A DNA stretch of 64,000 nt from an uncultured Gemmatimonadales bacterium (GTDB lineage: Bacteria; Gemmatimonadota; Gemmatimonadetes; Gemmatimonadales; GWC2-71-9): contig CAVROI010000001.1 of NCBI GenBank assembly GCA_963722825.1, positions 1,221,956 to 1,285,955 on the forward strand. Reading direction: 5' to 3'. The position numbers and the translations under genes are program-made. Below are positions 61,038-64,000 of this stretch, piece by piece. The notes beneath the pieces are model-generated. The model had not been told where the DNA came from and searched no databases. It saw only the letters and a program-made list of their open reading frames with translations. How positions within the stretch are numbered: position 1 is the stretch's first letter; the number at the start of each line of letters is the position of its first letter.

Positions 61038-61130
61038 GGACGGAAAGACGGAGAGGACGGAAACGACGGACAGGGAACACCCGCCATCCAGCCTTCACTC
61101 GTCTGTTTTCTTCTCCGTCCTTCCGTCTTA
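61038..61130. repeat. Repeat-built hairpin element E (8-9-nt units GACGGA / TCCGTC)
   Basis: GACGGAAA GACGGAGAG GACGGAAAC GACGGACAG ... CTCGTCTGT ... TCCGTCCT TCCGTCTTA. The last unit contains the TAA stop of rpsI. Confidence 0.8.
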
Positions 61131-61529
61131 CCGCTTGCTAAACTGGAACCGCTTCCGCGCGCCAGGCCGGCCGGGCTTCTTTCGCTCGACGGCCCGGGGA
61201 TCGCGGGTCAGTAGGCCCGAGGCCCGGAGCTTGGTACGGTGCTGCCCATCGGCCTCGACCAGGGCCCGGGCGATTCCCAGTCGGAGCGCGCCCGCCTGCC
61301 CCGCTTGCCCGCCGCCGTCCACATGCGCCTTCACATCGAACGCGCCGAGCGTGTCGGTTGCGGTGAACGACTGCTGGATGTGCTGGACCAGCGACGGCCG
61401 CGGGAAGTAGTCGCCGAGCGTTCGGCCGTTAATGTCCCACTTGCCGGTGCCCGGAGCCAGGTAGACGCGGGCGACACTGGTCTTGCGCCGGCCCACGGCC
61501 TGCCAGCGGAATTCGGGCGCGACAGTCAT
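61128..61529 (-). CDS. rpsI: 30S ribosomal protein S9
   Basis: 133 aa. GGGQAGQAGALRLGIARAL, ending KRFQFSKR. Confidence 0.95.
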   Translation of the reverse strand: MTVAPEFRWQAVGRRKTSVARVYLAPGTGKWDINGRTLGDYFPRPSLVQHIQQSFTATDTLGAFDVKAHVDGGGQAGQAGALRLGIARALVEADGQHRTKLRASGLLTRDPRAVERKKPGRPGARKRFQFSKR

Positions 61530-61984
61530 GCGCTCACCTTCGAAGCGGAGGGTGTGACCGAGAACGGCTTGGGCTGCTGGGCGGCGTGCGGATGCTGATC
61601 ATCGCCATAGACCTTGAGTTTGCCGCGCATCTTCTGCTTGGCGAGCGACGTCTTCGGCAGCATCCCGAAGACCGCCTTCTCGATGACCCGGTCGGGATGC
61701 TTGGCGAGCATGTCGCGCGCGGCCGTGAAGCTCTCGTGTCCCATGTAGCCGGTGTGCTTGAAGTACTTCTTGTTGGCCACCTTGCGTCCGGTAAGCTTCA
61801 CCTTGGCAGCGTTGACCACCACGACGAAATCCCCACCATCCATGTGGGGGGTATAGGTGGGCTTGTGCTTGCCCCGGATGAGCTGCGCGACAACGCTGGC
61901 CAGCCGTCCGAGCGGCACGCCCGTGGCGTCCACGACGTGCCAATCGTGCGTGATGTCGTCTGGCGTAGCGGTAAATGTCTTCAT
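61526..61984 (-). CDS. rplM: 50S ribosomal protein L13
   Basis: Start MKTFTATPDDITHDWHVVDA. GRLASVVAQLIRGKHKPTYTPH. Confidence 0.95.
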   Translation of the reverse strand: MKTFTATPDDITHDWHVVDATGVPLGRLASVVAQLIRGKHKPTYTPHMDGGDFVVVVNAAKVKLTGRKVANKKYFKHTGYMGHESFTAARDMLAKHPDRVIEKAVFGMLPKTSLAKQKMRGKLKVYGDDQHPHAAQQPKPFSVTPSASKVSA

Positions 61985-62038
61985 CGGTGTAGGACTCACC
62001 TGTGCATTTGGATCGGGGTCAAACCGAAACAGACTCAT

Positions 62039-62068
62039 AAGATAGCCCATCCGGCGCGGAGGGGTCAA
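62039..62068 (-). promoter_or_regulatory. Candidate sigma70-type promoter for rplM-rpsI
   Basis: TTGACC (overlapping the upstream stop)-18 nt-TATCTT on the - strand, about 55 nt upstream of the rplM ATG. Motif match only. Confidence 0.35.
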
Positions 62069-62574
62069 GTGGCCGGTGCGGCGAATTCGACGAGCACCTG
62101 GCCTTTCTCCACCGGCTCACCCGGCTTCACTCGAACCGCCCGAACCACCGCCCCGACCGCCGCCCGCAGCTCGTTCTCCATCTTCATCGCCTCCAGGACG
62201 ATGACCCCACCGCCGGCCGGGACCTGCTGTCCCGGCTCCGCCAGAATGCGCAGAACCAGGCCGGGCATCGGGGCCTTGAGGGGTGGCGTCCCCCGCTGGC
62301 GGCCCGCGCCGCCGGCCAGACTCCGGATGTGTCGCGTGCGCTCGTCCAGCACTTCGGACTCCCAGCGCTCGCCCCGAAGCGTCACCACCCACCGCCCCGA
62401 CCCGGTCGCCTCCATTGAGAGCTCCGACTGCTGGCCCTCGACCACGAGGTGGCGCAGGGGCGTGCCCGGAATGTCGTTCAGCGCGGCCGAATAGCTCTTG
62501 CCCTTGAGGGTGACACGGTCACCATCGACGTCCACCTCGATGTCCCGGCCACCGACGGTGACGACGTACTTCAC
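62065..62574 (-). CDS. Biotinyl/lipoyl-domain protein (BCCP-like)
   Basis: 169 aa. C-terminal biotinylation motif LEAMKMENEL. GTG start overlaps the upstream stop (GTGA). The N-terminal ~90 aa are not recognised. Confidence 0.7.
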   Translation of the reverse strand: MKYVVTVGGRDIEVDVDGDRVTLKGKSYSAALNDIPGTPLRHLVVEGQQSELSMEATGSGRWVVTLRGERWESEVLDERTRHIRSLAGGAGRQRGTPPLKAPMPGLVLRILAEPGQQVPAGGGVIVLEAMKMENELRAAVGAVVRAVRVKPGEPVEKGQVLVEFAAPAT

Positions 62575-63794
62575 GAGGCCCGCTCCAGCACGGCGACGGT
62601 CTCGACATGCGCGGTCTGGGGGAACAGGTCGAAGCTGCGGACCGCAGCCAGACGGTAGGACGGCAGCCGCGTGAGGTCGCGAGCCAGTGTCGCCGGGTCG
62701 CAGGAGGCGTACACAATCCGTTCCGGCGTCGCCCGCTCGAGCGCGGCCGTCACAGTCGCGTCCATCCCGGTTCGTGGCGGGTTGGTGACCGCCATGTCGG
62801 GCTTGCGCAGCTCGCCGACCACATCCTCCACCCTGGCAGCGTGGCGGCGCGCGACCGGCCCCGCGGCCTCGGCAGCGGCCACCGCGCGCCGATCCATTTC
62901 GACGCTGTCGACCTCCGCCCCCAGGCGCAGCAGCGCGGTAGTCGTCTCGCCGATGCCCGCGTAAAGATCCCAGAGCCGCCGGCCGGCGACATCGCCGAGC
63001 TGGGAGACGGCGAAGGCGCGCACGAGATCGCCCATCTCCGGATGAATCTGCTCGAAGGCGGTGGCAGGATACGCCTCGCCCGCACCGGCCACCGCCCGCG
63101 GGGCTCCACCCTCGGGGTGCCACCAGATCGTCGCCGGCTGGCCGCGGTGCGCCAACTCGGTCTGCACCGCGGCACCCTTCACCCAGGGCGCCCCGGGCTC
63201 GGATCGGAGGACGATGTGGAGTCCGCCCGACCGGTCCTGCCGGAGCACGATCCTCGTGAGGTCGCGAGGCAGGAGCCGCACGAGACCCCGGAGCGCCTTC
63301 CAAAGCGCCATGATCTCGGGTGTCGCGAGATGGCAATGGTCGAGGGAAAAGATCTCGTCGGGCCGATCGTAACGGCGAAGCCCGATCTTGCGGCCGCCGG
63401 TGGCCGCCGAGAGGGTCAGCTTGGTCCGGTAGTCGAACGCCCTGGTGGAAGGGACGAGAGCGGGGTCGGCCACGTCGAGGCGCGCCAGCCGGCGCAACGC
63501 CTCGCCGACGAACGACCGTCGCGCGTCCCGTTGCGCCGGCAGCGCGAGATGCTGCAGCTGGCATCCGCCGCACTCATCGATCGTGTAGTGGGGGCATCTG
63601 GGCTCGATGCGGTCTCCACCGGCCTCCAGCACCCGCCCGAGCCTCGCCCGGGCGAAGCGCCGGTGCTCGCGCAGCGACGAGAGCTCGACCAGGTCGCCCG
63701 GCGCCGTCCGGGGAACGAAGACCGTGCGTCCATCCGCGAGCGTTCCGATGCCGTCCCCACCCGCGGCCAGCCGGAGTATGCGGACCGGCGTCAC
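62571..63794 (-). CDS. TRAM-domain, Fe-S, SAM-dependent RNA (uracil-5-)-methyltransferase (RlmD/TrmA family)
   Basis: N-terminal TRAM domain (GDGIGTLADGRTVFVP). Cluster CPHYTIDECGGCQLQH. SAM motif DLYAGIG. C-terminal ASCDPATLARD. Confidence 0.8.
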   Translation of the reverse strand: MTPVRILRLAAGGDGIGTLADGRTVFVPRTAPGDLVELSSLREHRRFARARLGRVLEAGGDRIEPRCPHYTIDECGGCQLQHLALPAQRDARRSFVGEALRRLARLDVADPALVPSTRAFDYRTKLTLSAATGGRKIGLRRYDRPDEIFSLDHCHLATPEIMALWKALRGLVRLLPRDLTRIVLRQDRSGGLHIVLRSEPGAPWVKGAAVQTELAHRGQPATIWWHPEGGAPRAVAGAGEAYPATAFEQIHPEMGDLVRAFAVSQLGDVAGRRLWDLYAGIGETTTALLRLGAEVDSVEMDRRAVAAAEAAGPVARRHAARVEDVVGELRKPDMAVTNPPRTGMDATVTAALERATPERIVYASCDPATLARDLTRLPSYRLAAVRSFDLFPQTAHVETVAVLERAS

Positions 63795-64000
63795 CGCAGG
63801 CCCTCGAGTCGGGCCCGCTGCTGCCAGGGCGTACCGCCCGCATCGTCGGGCGCGATGGCGGGCCGGCGGGATCGCCGCGCGTCGTCTTCGGCCAGCGCCG
63901 CGCCGATCGCGAGGCGCTCTGCATCGGCATCGGAAAGAGCCGGCTGCAGCAGATCGGCGCGCCGCTCCAGGAACTGCACGTCGATGTCCGCTTCTCGAAA
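63791..64000 (-). CDS. 3' end of an unidentified CDS (5' end outside window)
   Basis: The frame stays open to the window edge (FREADIDVQFLERRADLL...). Its stop overlaps the methyltransferase GTG (GTGA). No recognisable motif. Confidence 0.3.
   Translation of the reverse strand, partial: FREADIDVQFLERRADLLQPALSDADAERLAIGAALAEDDARRSRRPAIAPDDAGGTPWQQRARLEGLR

Noticed and set aside
62575-63573. Upstream part of the 502-aa ORF containing the BCCP-like gene
   Set aside because: It is an alternative frame of the RlmD-like methyltransferase, which has TRAM, Fe-S and SAM motifs in its own frame.

Overview
High-GC (roughly two-thirds G+C) bacterial chromosomal window, very densely packed, almost entirely core metabolism and cell-envelope genes. 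My guess of a Gemmatimonadota-like lineage (GWxTD-type protein, gene order) is weak inference only. Layout: (1) 1-13584, + strand: a gap-free purine operon purB-purC-[psd-pssA]-purS-purQ-[zinc-ribbon]-purL-purF-[ppdK], then a heptamer repeat array, then purE-purK. (2) 13573-23836: an accessory envelope locus with two divergent operons, PepSY-GT87-response regulator-histidine kinase on the - strand and outer-membrane factor-adaptor-RND pump-periplasmic beta-propeller on the + strand. (3) 23874-29923, - strand: cysteine desulfurase-like gene, tmRNA (ssrA, tag ANTELALAA), then dusB-larB-corA-GGDEF joined by GTGA overlaps. (4) 30031-33994, + strand: secreted TPR/beta-propeller protein, orphan ptsN, large GWxTD-like protein. 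(5) 34004-64000, - strand: 30 co-directional housekeeping genes (guaA, lysA, proS, hisS, folC, accD, rodA-mrdA-mreDCB, dut, ald, M16 peptidase, pnp, rpsO, rseP-dxr-cdsA-uppS-frr-pyrH-tsf-rpsB, rpsI-rplM, a BCCP-like gene, an rlmD-like gene). I found no CRISPR array, mobile element, integrase, reverse transcriptase or recognisable defence system. The most unusual signal is non-coding. A family of intergenic elements is built from tandem 7-nt units, GGTCNNN arrays facing GACCNNN arrays. They sit exactly at gene boundaries at 11868, 49910, 53371 and 53863, with a related 8-9-nt-unit element at 61038. I do not recognise this as a described repeat class. Secondary candidates are the dusB-larB-corA-GGDEF module, the RND pump coupled to a beta-propeller next to the PepSY/GT87/two-component operon, and the non-purine genes embedded in the pur operon. 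All functional calls rest on motif recognition by eye; no database search was run.
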